Positions 22,402 to 35,719 of a DNA stretch of 64,000 nt are shown in pieces. Source of the stretch: Dicyema japonicum (Eukaryota; Animalia; Dicyemida). Within the stretch, counting starts at the first letter, position 1; each line of letters starts with the position of its first letter. Below the pieces are notes generated by a model. That model searched no databases. It was not told the origin of the DNA and saw only the letters and a list, made by a program, of their open reading frames with translations. The translations under genes were made by a program, and so were the position numbers. The stretch covers positions 277,000 to 340,999 of the forward strand of contig RDEW01000028.1 of the NCBI GenBank assembly GCA_011109175.1, in the 5' to 3' direction.

Positions 22402-23162
22402 ATGGCAACGACTGAAAATGAGCATATATTGAAGGAAAAATTCGACATTCTCTTAAATGTAATAAATAAGGGGAACTCAGTCAGTTTGGTTTGAATTATT
22501 AATTCATTAAAGGAAAACGCTCTTCAACACATTGAAAAAGACGTTAACTTGAATGAAGTCTTCTCTTATCGGGATTCCTGTGGAAAAAGCCTATTCGACT
22601 ACGTCGCCATTCTTGGAAAGAACATGTTGGTCAAGTTGATCGTGGAAGGTCACGTGGACCCAAATACTGTTGCATATGCAGGTGTGAGGACAATCATAGT
22701 TAGGTTATACTGCCCTTCACTATGCTGCCGCTTGGGGAAACACGGAAACTACGAAAAAAATAGTCGAGATGGGAGGGGATATTTTCAAGAAGACGTTCAA
22801 CAACGAAAGACCACGTGAAATTGCCAAGAGGTACGGCCACGAGGAATGTGTGGATTTTTTAGACTGGCAGGGTAAGCAGAGACTTATAGTTAGAATCAAA
22901 GCTCGACCTGGAGGCGATAATAACTCGAATGGCCGGATATTTGTCTCAACCAGACAAAGTCAAACTGCTAGCGAAGGATGAGAAGGTTAATTGTGGTGGA
23001 ATCTCATAGTTAACATGCCAAAATGCGTGTTCTGAGAAAAAGGCGTGGATACAAAACACGAAAAATGCAAGTACTTTCGACTATCGAATGCACAAACAGC
23101 AGTTATCTCATATATTTGGGAATTTTTTCAAGAGATTCGAAGATGCTGATCTTGCCGACTAA
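22402..23162 (+). CDS. ANKRD45: Ankyrin repeat domain-containing protein 45 ortholog (5 exons)
   Basis: Introns 22489-22512, 22682-22703, 22872-22893 and 22986-23009 give a continuous ORF: GYTALHYAAAWGNTET...NNERPREIAKRYGHEECVDFLDWQ...CQNACSEKKAWI...HKQQL. This matches my recollection of ANKRD45 (GYTLLHCAAAWG...ECVEFLDW...SACRAKNEWL). Confidence 0.85.
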
Positions 23163-23224
23163 CTCTTAACTATAACTTTTATGTTTCAGCTAAAATTAAG
23201 TTGAAGGGATATTCTGATATCAAG

Positions 23225-23620
23225 TCGGGATCACAAGGATGACTTTTCTGTGCTCGAACCCGTCGGTATGTGTAAATACGACTGTAAACATCTGGGTGGA
23301 ATAAGTATCTTTACTTTCGTGGCTGTGATGACCCTGATTTTGGGTGTCACGTGTAGGATCACTTTCGCTTAGAATAACCTCTTTCATAGTGATGCCAATG
23401 CGTGTTCAGCTGAAACATTGAAATGTTAGAAATATGCTGACCTCTTTAGTGACGCTTGTTCATCTCCCTCTGAAGCCTCGGACACTTGTCTTACAACATT
23501 TTCAAAAGACTGGGAAACCTTATCTCATCCCGGTCAGGGGACCTCTGCGAGCGCTACTGGATATTCAAAAGTATTTTCTTCTCAATCAGAGAGGAAATAA
23601 CCATGCTCTTATTTAATTTT
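23225..23620 (+). mobile_element. Degraded CRE RLE fragment (copy ~40235-40625)
   Basis: VLEPVGMCKYDCKHLGGISIF...GDLCERYWIFKSIF..IRE. Confidence 0.55.
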
Positions 23621-23649
23621 CGTTTTTATTGTTAATGATAATCTTACTA

Positions 23650-23857
23650 GTGACGCCGTCATCAGTGAATACTCACTGCGGAACTGGATTTGTCTAGAAA
23701 GGACACTCACACAAGAAAAAGAAAAAAAAGAAGTGAAGATCATTCCTTGGTTCTACGATTAGTTAAAATTAACTGTTCTTTACTTAAATAAGTGTGTGTC
23801 CGGCCTATGCCGAGCTATAAAATACTATGGCTCTCGTGAAAAGGCTTTATTATTATT
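23650..23857 (+). mobile_element. SINE-like family B insertion with RTE-type 3' end and 12-bp TSD
   Basis: TSD ATAATCTTACTA (23638-23649 and 23858-23869). Empty site in the duplicate at ~40649-40661. 3' end gctataaaatactatggctctcgtgaaaaggc plus (TTA)n resembles the RTE end at 12363-12417. Confidence 0.85.
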
Positions 23858-23899
23858 ATAATCTTACTAAGACCGAGTTTTATTTTTACGAAAAACACA

Positions 23900-26800
23900 A
23901 TTAAATCAAAATTACTAATAGATTTGAGACCTTTCTCCTTTTAGAAGAGATTTTAGACCTTTCTCCTTTTATTTTAAACCCGTCTATTTCCTCCTCACCC
24001 GGGTTGTCCCGGAACGTAATCAATTGATTTGCTAATTCCACCAGGTGAGATTGTTGCTGTAACCAAATCTTCTTTATTGTATGCAACCCATATTTACACT
24101 CCATCAACATGCTTTCCAACGTCTTCTTGAGGACAACGAATTGAATGTATATTTTAGTTGGTGCATCGATTAAGATAGCTCCCAAATGAGATTTATGGGC
24201 CTTCGAAACAACACCATCCCACGTTAGAACAATAAGTATGACTTTAGCTTGAGCACCAAAAAGTAGTTTGAGCTCTCAAGCCAATTTATGCAACTTTTCT
24301 ACTTCAATATGCTTCAATAATTTTTGAGATGTAAATTAATCTCAATAAGTGCAATTTCATTCTTCACCTTATTGTGAACAAACATATCAGGCTTATTGAA
24401 CCTGACCTGAGAATCTGTCTTTGTGGACGTGTCCACCCAAATTTGTACCCACTGAGTATTGACTATGAAATTAACAGAATGCTTCTTCAGTCTCTTTGAT
24501 TTCTTGATGCCGTAAATTCTGCAAAAGTGCAACTTTATGCATCTAACCACCTCATCATGCCTTCTAATATAGTCGCTGTTAAGCATCTCACATTTTTCCA
24601 CTTCCATTAAGCCGTTTCTATTTTAATTGAGTAGCGTTCCAAGTCAATTAAGTTGCTGTCCACTTTCAAACATGTCACCTTCACTTTCAAACAAGTCACT
24701 TTCAACTTCAAATAAGTCACTGTATTTTTTTGGCCGTGATTTTATCTTTTCATTAGTTAAGTGCCGAATCATCGTATAGCCATATGATCCACCGACAATT
24801 TTGACTTTTTACAATGATGACATAATGAATCTTTATCCGTAAAAAGCAGATTCCTTCCTTGAAGAAGACAATCCAAAGCTTCGGACCTCGGACTATTTTT
24901 TTAATGACCGAACAATCAGCTGATCCCCAACAAAATCAATATTTTCATCTTCGCAACAATTATAAAGTATAGTGGAGCGACTTACTTCTGGTACTATCTA
25001 TCAGGGATTTCAGTTGATATTCCTTGATAGCGTTAAGGTTTATTTGGTGGGGTCCATCTTATACTTAAAAGGAAGGAATTCTGCGATTGTGGCCATATGC
25101 GTTTTCATAGTTTTAAGGACCAAAGGATTCCATCTTTTCTAAGACAAATCGGAGGTAGAGATAACCTTCCTGTCCATCCAGAGATTTAAATTCTTCATAC
25201 AGTCCAGATTAGTGGCAGACTTCTCAAAACTTCTCCTAAACACAACTACACTAGAATGCTCATCAATCTCATTCATCATCCTCACTATTGTATCTTCATT
25301 CTCCGCAATATATTTTAGATCATCGACAAAAAGTAACTGATCTGTTTTGTACGTCATGGATATAGACAATTTTTGGAAATTTAATATTTAGAATTTTGCT
25401 TGAAGGATCCATGGCTAACACAAAAAGCTGCGGAGACAATGAAACTCCTTGTAATAAACTACGGTTTAATTTAACCATTCCAATCCTCCCTGTGAATTTA
25501 GAATAACTTTCCATTGGCTTTTTAGGCTCTTCATAAACCTTCTAATCCACCGAGCCAGGTTTACTGGGACCTCCCTTCGAAAAGAGGATTCTGATTGGTT
25601 TAATAGAGGAGGGGTCGGTGTAGTATTTTATTATCTTCGAGTCTTCGATGCTTCTCGTAGAAACAAAATCGTGTATCTTTTTTCAGACGACTCTGGTCAT
25701 TGGGGCTGGAAAAGAAGGATGAAAGCATTCGAGACAGGTCACTGGTTGTCATAATAATTTTTATTTTGTTTTGGGGTTTGTATAGAGAGTGGCAGGGATG
25801 ATCTAGGCTGTAGGCTTGGACAGGAACAGCAGGACTCTCATTTCCAAATGGTCTCTAATTGGGAAGATCTTTGATTCCCAATCTAGATGATCAATAGAAG
25901 GGAGGCAGAGGTTGACCAGCAAGGAGATGGAAACGTATACGCAATCTTATTTGCAAAGGATTAATTATTTAAATCTTTTTTAGTTAATAAATTGTCTTTC
26001 CTTAAAAATAAGATTAAATTTAATCGAATGGTTCTAAGGTTTTTTCTAATTAACTAAAAATCCCTAACACTAAAAACTCTAGACTTTAACAAAGACCATT
26101 TGCTCACTTTTTTCCTTAATAAATGGTTTTAGTGGATTAAGCTAATGTAGAATTATAGAGGGACAAGGTATGCTCGTTGATTGCTTTAAATATACTTGGA
26201 GCATTGAGCTTAGTATGCAACAATCTCACAATCCTCTTTACGTTTTCCGCGATTGTTCTCAAAACATTATGCTTCATGATGTTGCTTGTACGATCCTCTA
26301 ACAATCCGAGGTATTTATAGCCTTCATGTCCATCCAGAGGTTTTGCATCCTTCATACATTCCAGATTAGTGGCAGTCTTCTCAAACTCCTTTTTTAGCCC
26401 AACCAAACTGAAATACTCATCAATCTATTCAGCCTCCTCACCATTGTATCTTATCAGTAAATATTTTTAGATCATCAATAAAAAGTGATCGGTTTTGTAC
26501 GTCATCAAAGAATAATTACATTGCGATATATACAATTTTGGAAATTTACTATTTAGAATTTTGCTTAAAAGATCCGTGAATAACACAAAAAGCTGTGGAG
26601 ACAACGAATCTCCTTGCAATACACCGCGATTTAATTTAACCATCACAATCCTTTCCATGTTGAATTTTGGAATAACTTACCATTGGCTGGGAGGCCAGAA
26701 CAGTCCAAAATATGGCAGCGAAAGCCATGGTACACAGAGTCGTACGCATTCTTTACATCGATCCACAAAGCGAATAGTTTGTTTCAATAATTACTGTTTA

Positions 26801-28390
26801 TGCACGGTTTATTAAAGCTTGCTCTTTCGCCCCTTGACACATCCTCTTTGCCCCCCAATTGATTATCAGAAATAATGTTGAACACTTCCAAATAATCGGT
26901 AAGTTTTGAACTGACATATTTTGTAACCAATTTATACAATATGGGCATACATGTGTTTCATTAGGGGATCCACAAGCAGACTTCTCGGGCAATGAATAAG
27001 TAACTCCTGTATAGAACCACATCTCTGGTGAGTATTTGCCACCAACGATCTTAAGGATATCTTCAAATAAATAATCGCGGAGGGACATTTCCAAATACTT
27101 CCAACTTCTTAACGAAGAAACAATATACAGACACCACAGGATTTCCAATTTGGTGAATAATTGATAATATTTTTAACAAGTTTGGGGGATAAATCCAGTG
27201 GAGAATCTTCTACTCCAGTAATACGCCTTCCAATGATATTGAAAGACGTTATTTTTATCTTTCTCACACACCGTCTCCCAAAAAGATAGACATTGCTCAC
27301 TCCCAAATCCACACACACTTCATTGGTAAACTTCCGATAGAACCTCCGACGATGTACTTCCAACGCAAATTATCACTTTTGTATGCCTTCCTAGTCTCAT
27401 AAGTTGCGAGTCTCTTTACCAATATCCTTATCCTTGATTATAGTAGTAACTCTCGTGAGCTTCCCATTTTTGATCCTCTTATATCAATATGGTGTCAAGA
27501 TATCCATCATTTTCTTTTGGTTTTTGGACTCCAAAGAATACTGAAAGGAAAAGGTTATCTTTAAACTCAGAAATTTTCTTTCTCGTACATTCTTTCCACA
27601 AGTTTGCTTTGTGGCCCTCCATGTTAGGTCATCTGCCAGCTGTCTTGCATTAACTATGTCGTTGTCTGTTTAAGATCAGAATTGGTATGCAAGGCAGTAT
27701 AATTGGCTATCGAAGCGTCCGAATCCATTAAGCTTTGACCAATTTGAACTGGATCTTTCGAGTAGGAACCCTAGCATTCCGTGATATGGAGCGTACCTCC
27801 TTGATTTGGGCATTCAAAGCCTCAACACTTTCCATATTTAGAGATTTATTCACTGAGCTTTTCGGAAAATTTAGTGGACTGCCCATCTTTTACATTTATC
27901 CCTCACTTAGATGCCTTTCTTGATATTGGATATGCTTTTATCAGTGAAGAAGATGGAATTGAAGGAGTCAGAGATCAATTGTCAACTTCCACTAGGGATC
28001 CTTCCAAACCTGACTATGGACATTTAACTATTTTACTTACCCGCTCGCATTTGTCTGAAAGGTCGAAACTAGCGATCACAGTCTTATGAAAAGGAAGTAA
28101 TTAAGCACAAGTCGTTCTTCAAAATCTTGACAAATTTTCGAGGTTCATGTAGTTCAAGAGCCAGTCGTCCAATTTTGGGTACTGTTGTTTTAGTTGCTCC
28201 AATAAGAGGGCCACCATAATTTGTTTTTGTTTTTGCGAAAACTGACAAGCCACGTGAAATTCAAAGTATAATTAAGTTCCTCCAAATTTTTAACAACTAT
28301 ATCCAAACTCACCAGCATTGAGTATGCAACGCTTCCCACTCTGAAACTTTGTATATACAATATCTTTTAGTCCACCTTTCACACAAGATG
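23900..28390 (-). mobile_element. R4/Dong-like RLE LINE relics (at least two interleaved copies)
   Basis: CQGAKEQALIN, RGVLQGDSLSPQLFVL (twice), LFVDDLK, YKYLG, IFKAINEH, DYIRRHDEVVRCI, NKPD...LIEI. Confidence 0.8.
25550..25960 (-). mobile_element. I/Jockey-group LINE fragment nested among the R4 relics
   Basis: IDHLDWESKIFPIRDHLEMR..DHPCH parallels TDHLHWESKILPLYDHLEMR..NHPVH at ~52280. Confidence 0.65.
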
Positions 28391-28399
28391 TGAAATTAG

Positions 28400-31070
28400 A
28401 CCCTCTACTGGATACAAAACTGGATACAAAAAATCTCCTAATGGGTATTGACATATGGAACCACTATCCTCAGAGAAAATACCTGGCAACCTTCCCTGTA
28501 TTTAAATGCCAAGAAAATCTTATAAGCAAACTCTCCTACGATCTAATTGGATGCAACATTACTGTAAAACATCAAATCTCGAGTTTTCGTCACAAAGAAT
28601 CTCACAATTTCGCAACATGGAACGTAAGAGGCTTAAACGAAGGGAAACTAGAAGTCGTAAAAGGAGAAATGAGAAGGGTTGATATTGATCTACTTGGAGT
28701 AAGCGAACTTCACTGGATCGACAGTGGTTTTTTTCGTTTTGATGATTTCGTCATATATTATTCTGGTAACATTAATGCGAAGAGAAACGGAGTGGCCTTC
28801 ACTGCTTCAAAGAAAATTGCACCTGCTATTGAAAGTCATAGAATATTTAATGATCGAATAATACTAATCCACGTCCGTGGACGAACATTGAATATTACGG
28901 TCATGCAAGTGTATGCCCCAACATCTATTGCTAAGGATGACGAAATTGACCAATTTTATTATAAAGTTCAAAATGCACTAAACTAATACTCAAAAAGGAG
29001 ATAATTAACATAATGGGGGATTTCAATTCAAAAGTTGGGTGTATACCACATACGGATATTGTGGGAAGTTTTGGTTTGGGGAAAAGAAATGATGCTGGGG
29101 ATCGACTGGTCCAATTCTGTCAGGAAAATGGATTTCAGATAACTAACACATGGTTCAAACTATACAAACGACGATTATACACTTGGACGTCGCCAAACGG
29201 AATGTCTAGGAACCAGATTGATTATATTTTTTGCGCCAAACGTTGGAAAAGCTTTATAACAGCCGTCAAAACATATCCAGGGGCAGAATGTGGAACAGAC
29301 TATCAGCTACTTGTTGCAAAAATTAGGACGAAATTCAGTAACACTTAGAATACCCTCGAGTAAAGAAATTCGATGTCTCAAACATACCACCAGAATACGC
29401 AATGGAAGTTAAGCACAATATTGGATTACTGGATTTGAACGGAAGGATGCCTGATGAATTATGGAATGATATGCAGTTGGTTTTCAGGAACGCTGCAATA
29501 AAACATGTCAAATACAAAACGCCGGACAAGTGCTCTGAGTGGCCCTCTGCCAACACCCTAAAAATTGCTGAGGCTCGTAAAGCTGCTAAAGTTTCTGGGA
29601 ATATAGACGAAACAAGAAAACTTAACTCTGAATTCAAAAAAGCAGCCAGTAAGAATAAAGAATATTACTGGAGGTTACACTTCAAAAAAATGGAAGATGA
29701 CTATAAGAGAGGTCACACTACGAATGCGTATTTACAACTAAAAAGATTACGAACCCCCTTTACGAAAATGATGGGCAAAATCAAGGACAAGGATGGTGTT
29801 GAATTGCTAGGCCAACAGAACATCTGAAATCGTTGAAGAGAATATACGGAACGGTTATATTCAGAAACTGTGTGACCACCCATATGTGTTGATGAAGCAA
29901 CGTTGGGTGAGGGGCATAACATCCTTGAGGAGAAATGCGGCACACATGACCATATAGTAAATGTCCGGTGGATTATGGAGAAAGCTTATGAATCCTAAAA
30001 GAGTGTATACATGTGCTTCATTGACTATCGGAAAGCTTTTGATTCCGTTATACATGACAAGCTGTGGTCCGCTTTAAAAGAATTTGGATTCGATGCCCAT
30101 CTGATATTGCTATCAAATCTCTTTATAAGGATCAAGAAGCTACTGTTAGAGCAGTGTATGGAGATACCGATTGGTTCAAATTTGGTAAAGGAGTAAGACA
30201 AGGATGCTTATTATCTCCAATCCTATTCAATATTTATGCCGAAATGATCATGACTAAATTGGATACTGTATCAAATAATGGGATTAAAATTGGAGGCGGA
30301 ACATCAATAATTTGCGCTATGCTGACGATACAACCTTACTGAGTGAAACAGAAGATGGCCTCAGAAAGTTGATTCTAAGATTCAGAGAAGAGAGCGCCGT
30401 CTTTGGTTTATTGCTAAATATCAAGAAAACCAAAATTATGACTACTGCTAATAATGGAATAATGGAACTAAAACTTGGGAATGAGAAAATAGAGTTGCGA
30501 TAATGTTGTTTTTCTGGGATGTCAAATTAATCGGAATGGTGACGGAGGCTTGGAAATCAAAAGGCGAATTGACACCTTCCAGAGAATGAATTGAATTTGG
30601 AAAAGCAAATATATTTGCTTAAGGACCAAATGCAGACTGGTTAATGCAATCGTGTTCCCGGTTTTTCTATACGGCGCAGAATCATGGATACTGAAAAAGG
30701 CTTTTGAGCTGTGGTGCTGGAGGAGGTTACTAAGAATCCGTTGGACTTCCAAAATAACAAACATCGATGTACTCAAACGTGTAGAGACGGACATTTCGCT
30801 AGAAGAAAGAATCGTAAAACACAGATTAGCGTTCTTTGGGCATGTTGTCCGCTCTGATTCACTGGAAAGAACTATTATGCTAAGCAATATTACTGGGAAG
30901 AGAAGACCTGGCCGACCGAGGACTCGGTGGCTATCCACTGTGGAAGACGTCACAAGAATGCCTATATCAAGGCTACTCCAAATTGCAACGGATCGGGGAG
31001 AGTGGAGGAAACTCGTTCATGAGATCTCCAAAGGTTGGACACGACTTTATTGAACAACATAACATAACAT
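28400..31070 (+). mobile_element. RTE-clade (BovB-like) LINE, APE + RT, degraded
   Basis: ATWNVRGL, GVSELHW, QVYAPTS, MGDFNSKVG, NQIDYI, FIDYRKAFDSV, GVRQGCLLSP, YADD, FELWCWRR, GRPRTRW. (AACAT)n tail. Confidence 0.9.
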
Positions 31071-31769
31071 CCTCAAAGATGTATCGTTATATATACATAA
31101 ATAAACTAACCATGTACGCTTATTTACTGATTCTATATAAATGAATTACTCCTATGGATTTGAAAAGCGTCTCTGAGATGGAGATGGCATTGATTAACCG
31201 CTAAAAAGGACTTCTTAAGACGTTAGTGTCCAAATGTACTTCTTAAGACGTTGTGCCAGCCTTCAATGGAGTTATTTGTCCTTGGTAATTCCTCATATAA
31301 ATTATCCAGACTATTTTAATAATTAATTAGAAATCTTGGAATAAATCCATTTTCTTGATTTCCGATATAATTGATCGAAAAATATTGATATAATGGATTT
31401 AGAATCGCAGGAAAATCTGATCTCGACACTATCTAATCAAAAGTGTTCTTTACAGTATGTATAGGAATAAAGGAGAAGCATTTCGACAGTTTTACAAATA
31501 TGTCGTTAATTTTAAATCACATTTAACCTATTTATATCTTCATTATTTATGTCATTGAAAATTCCAAATTCCAATATTTTTTGGTTAATATTTTGTCCTA
31601 GATGGAACATGCAGCAATTTATCCGTGCGTTTGGAAATGACTTTTGAAAAGAGTTTATTGCTCCTTTTTCAAAATGAGACTGAGACGTTTAATTATTTGA
31701 AGCATTGTGTCATATTCATTTTCAGTTTTTGATGTTTTTATTTATTTATTTTTTTAACAATTAAACAAA

Positions 31770-33150
31770 TGTCAGTTGAGGAAGCCTGCTGCATGGATTG
31801 CGAACGAGTTCCCTCGGAGTATGGCTATTCCAATCTTTTGTCTTAGCCATAACCCTTCTCGTTGATCCCTTTTCTTTCTGGCAAGCAATCCTTCGAGTTC
31901 TTGCAAGAATTCAGCCGTCATTGAACCAACGGCTCCCGATGATTCGGTCGCAACAGAAGTAAATCGGTAGCGATCCCCGAGGCAAGAATATTTCTTGATT
32001 TTTAGGTTTTCCGCAATCGAAGCAGCTGCTCCAGGTGTCTGAACCGATTTAAAAATGTTCGTGCTTGAGAACGTGTCTATGCAAGTTGCGTCCTAGACCA
32101 AAGATTTTCCAGACGCGAAGGGGAAAAGGGTCATCCCGTCAGGTCTTTTCCCATCTCCTCGATCAAGACCCACTTGTTCAAGCTGTGCTGGGAATCCTGA
32201 AGCCTTCAGAGCTCTGACGATCACATCATTCAGAGCAGCATGACGTGGTCCTTGCAGGACAGCGGGTGCAATCCTTTCGCATCGACTGTTTTCCCGCATC
32301 GGCATCGGTGCTCCTGGCAAACGTCTAGTCCCAGCCTTTGTCCGATTCCAATCCTCAAAGAATCGTCGTCCAAAAAGGTCCCGAGGTTTGGGCAAGGTAT
32401 TGCAACAAGCCATGCTCCACTCCCTCTACTTGAAGCTGACACCAAACAAGCCAGACGATGTTTATTTGCTTCTTTTTTAAGGTCTTCCAAAATTTTGGAG
32501 CAGACAATGTCATCCCAATTAATTTGCTTCGTTGTGTCTTCGGGGATTTTGTGTCCGGACCCGTTCCATTTCCGACAAGCTTCGTCAAATGACTCATTCC
32601 AGCGAAGTCCAATAGTGTTATGAAGGACTTGTCGTGTCAAATGGCTGCAGCTTGAGAGAGACGATCGATATGCCGGGAACGAAACCTCCAGCGCCGATCT
32701 TATTCAGACAACCCCAAATCCAGAGGGAAGCTTACATTGTTTCCAACCAAGTTCGTCGAAGCGGACGTTAATTAGTGACTCAACAGTTTGCTTGAGAGAC
32801 TTGTCTATTGAAAGTAGGATGTCATATTGTTCGTAGCAGGGTGAACATCGGAGTAGATATAAAAGCTTGGGTAGTCCGATGTTGCTTCTCATCAGGAAGA
32901 AAGATGTGTGAGAGTCGAGACATGACAATCTTTTCGCAAGGCGTGTTAATTCTTCATTTTTGGAAAGTAGATGGTTCTTGAGTTCTTCTTCGCTGAGTGG
33001 GCATCCGAGGAAATATAATTTATCAACTGGCACAGTCGGGATCCCAGGAAGCAGTTCGTTAAAAGACTCCTTGATATGAGACATTTATTAGCTCTGATTT
33101 GTTAACATTGATGTCCAAGCCCAAATGTTTTAAGCGGTAACGCCAGTGTA
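31770..33150 (-). mobile_element. CRE-clade 3' half (copy 44950-46330)
   Basis: FLGCPL, KLLYLLRCSPC, SGAWL..P...LGT.LDD, CRCG, RPDG. Confidence 0.85.
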
Positions 33151-33751
33151 GGACGCGTCATCACCACGGGACGCAACATATTAAAGAGATAATAACTCAT
33201 TAAATTTAGATTTGATAAATATAATTAATTTTTATTCCGAAGTCACTTATATCTTAAAATCATAGTGTTTGGAGGACTTTGGTAAAATGTCCCACTTACC
33301 CATTGGACCCCCTAAAATCAATTTTTATCAGATTTAAAAAAGATGACTTTTTTACCTAAAGATGTCGAGGACCTAGGTAAAATGTTCCACTTACCAATAA
33401 AACCCATTAAATTAATTTTTATCAGATTTAAAAAGATGACTTTTTTTTATCAATTTTTATAAGATTTAAAAAAGATGACTTTTTTACGTAAAGATGTCGT
33501 TTCGCTAAAATCTCATGGTGTTTATTGATGAACTTATCCAAAACCTGAAAAAATTAATTAGAGGCTATTTTGAATAGAGTCCGTTTTGAAAGAGGCCATT
33601 TTGAATGGACACGGAATATAGACATTGAAAATAAAATAATGTAAGACTGACATTTGCTATACACTCTTTGTAGTGACTATGCGTAACAAATTGTGTTTAA
33701 TAATAATTAATTTTCCTTAAAATCCTGATTGTCCGAATATTAGTTAGTGTA

Positions 33752-34577
33752 CTAATTATTGGAACAATGTCCAAGGATATTTTCCCTATCTCTTATTTTG
33801 CTGCACCCTAAAATTTCATTAACAAATACTTATTCGATTCGCTTTCTTCATTTTTCTTCTAAATATATTATTAATAGAAAATACATTTTTTTATCTTGTT
33901 TTATTTCAAGATAGTCTCCATTATTACCAGTAGGTTCGAATCTAAATTGAGTATAATATTTTACGCAGTTGGGCTGACTTCATGAGCATTCACACATAAT
34001 AGGGATATTCTAATATTATATTGAAAATACTTGTGTACACGAAAAGATTCTGAATTTGTCACAAAATATTGTATAACTGAGTTGATAGGAAAATTGCTGT
34101 AAATAGATTCTAATAAACATACATGAAAACAAGAGAATTAAATTCTTCCGCAAATTTGTTCGAAATGTATGTCAGCGAGAAACAGTTTGAAAAATCTCTA
34201 TTAATCAAAACTATATTAAACATAAATTTAATGGTGGGAGAGAATGTTTTTGGGTGTATATGTGTGATGCTACGATCATCTTCGCATGTACTATAAATTA
34301 TTACTTTCGGAAACAAATGTTGTAAATTAATTCCATAAAATGAAAAATTAACACCAACGTCAATTATGATGTTATTAACTTCAAGTTTAAGAATTTTTAG
34401 ACCAGGTTGAACTTTAATTGCTAATTCTAAAGTAAATCTAGTAAATTTGCAATCTTCCCAAAATCTATAAAATGAATGAAACTATTAATACACGTATGAA
34501 CCTCTTTTGTGATCTTCACAATTGTCTGGCAACGTAGATATGTTGAACAGAGTAATTAAGATTACTAATTTGTACAT
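33752..34577 (-). CDS. Orphan protein with hydrophobic signal-peptide-like N-terminus; ~7 exons
   Basis: Starts MYKLVILITLFNISTLPDNC. Removing six 22-27 nt GT-AG segments joins one continuous frame (…SLVFI/NFPINSVIQY…VHK/ISLLCVNAHEVSPTA/FEPTGNNG…) to a TAG at 33752. No recognised domain. Confidence 0.55.
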
Positions 34578-35149
34578 CTAAAAGATCACGAATTGTTAAA
34601 AATTAATTTAATTCTATTTTAAAATTAGTTACTCCTCGATAAAATATATAATTAAAAATAAAAACAAATTTAATAAAATTCAACAATTATTACAGATTAA
34701 TTTATTTTGAGTTTATTTTATTTACATTTTAATAATAAAAAATGTTATTAAATGCAGATTTGACTTTTTTTAGTTTACCACAATTTTATAGCTTTTATAG
34801 AAATTACAAAATGTATTTTTGCTTACTGTATGCGAGTAAAAGACATCTTCATGGAGTAGTGACTATTGAAAAATAACTTAATTCATTATTCTTAAGTAAA
34901 GCATAATTAATTCCACGAATTCCCCATTGCATAGGTTTTCAAAAGTAGATAATTGGATATCTGTAATTTGTGACTAAAAAATTTAATTTCAAATGATCAC
35001 CCAGGTAATTCTACATTCATTAATGTATGGGCCCATGACTTAAGATTTAACCGCTTGAACGTCATTGCACAATCAAACTCTTCCTTGTCGTTTCTAATGA
35101 ATATTCAATTATCTATAACATAGTTTGCTATAGAAATATTGAATGACCT

Positions 35150-35660
35150 TAGTTTCATCAAAGTTCCCCAAGGCTCCGCTTTGTCTCCTATTTTATTCAA
35201 TTTGCATCTGAGCAAACATTCCAAATAATTTCAAGGCACTTCTCCTATCATATGCGGATGAACTGATTATCGCCTCTAAAGACAAAGAAGTTAACGAAGC
35301 AACGAAGGATGTTCAGAACCACTTGAACACTCTTGAAGAGTGGCTTGGAGCAAACTACCTATCTCTTTCTCTATCGAATTTCACCGTCACTGTATTCACG
35401 TCCAACACTGCCAACTAAATTTTCAACCAATTTTAACAATTCATGGACAAACATTCCCCATTACAGAACATCCCAAAATACTAGGAGTCATTTACGACCA
35501 ATTACTAACTTTCTCGAGACATTGGGGGATCAATGTATAAAGGCTTCTCGCAAGATCAACATACTAAAAGCTGTGTCAAGCTATTCCTTCGTCAAAGCAA
35601 AGAAGCCCTAACCATCATATATAAACAATTCATTTGAACCACAATCCACTATGCAAGTCC
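35150..35660 (+). mobile_element. I/Jockey-group LINE RT fragment (copy 48320-48830)
   Basis: VPQGSALSPILFN, SYADEL, PKILGVIYDQLLTF..H, IYKQFI...HYASP. Confidence 0.8.
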
Positions 35661-35719
35661 TTGCTATTTACTTTAACTTCTTTCTCGGTGTATCTATGTT
35701 AATAAATTTAATTTTTTGA

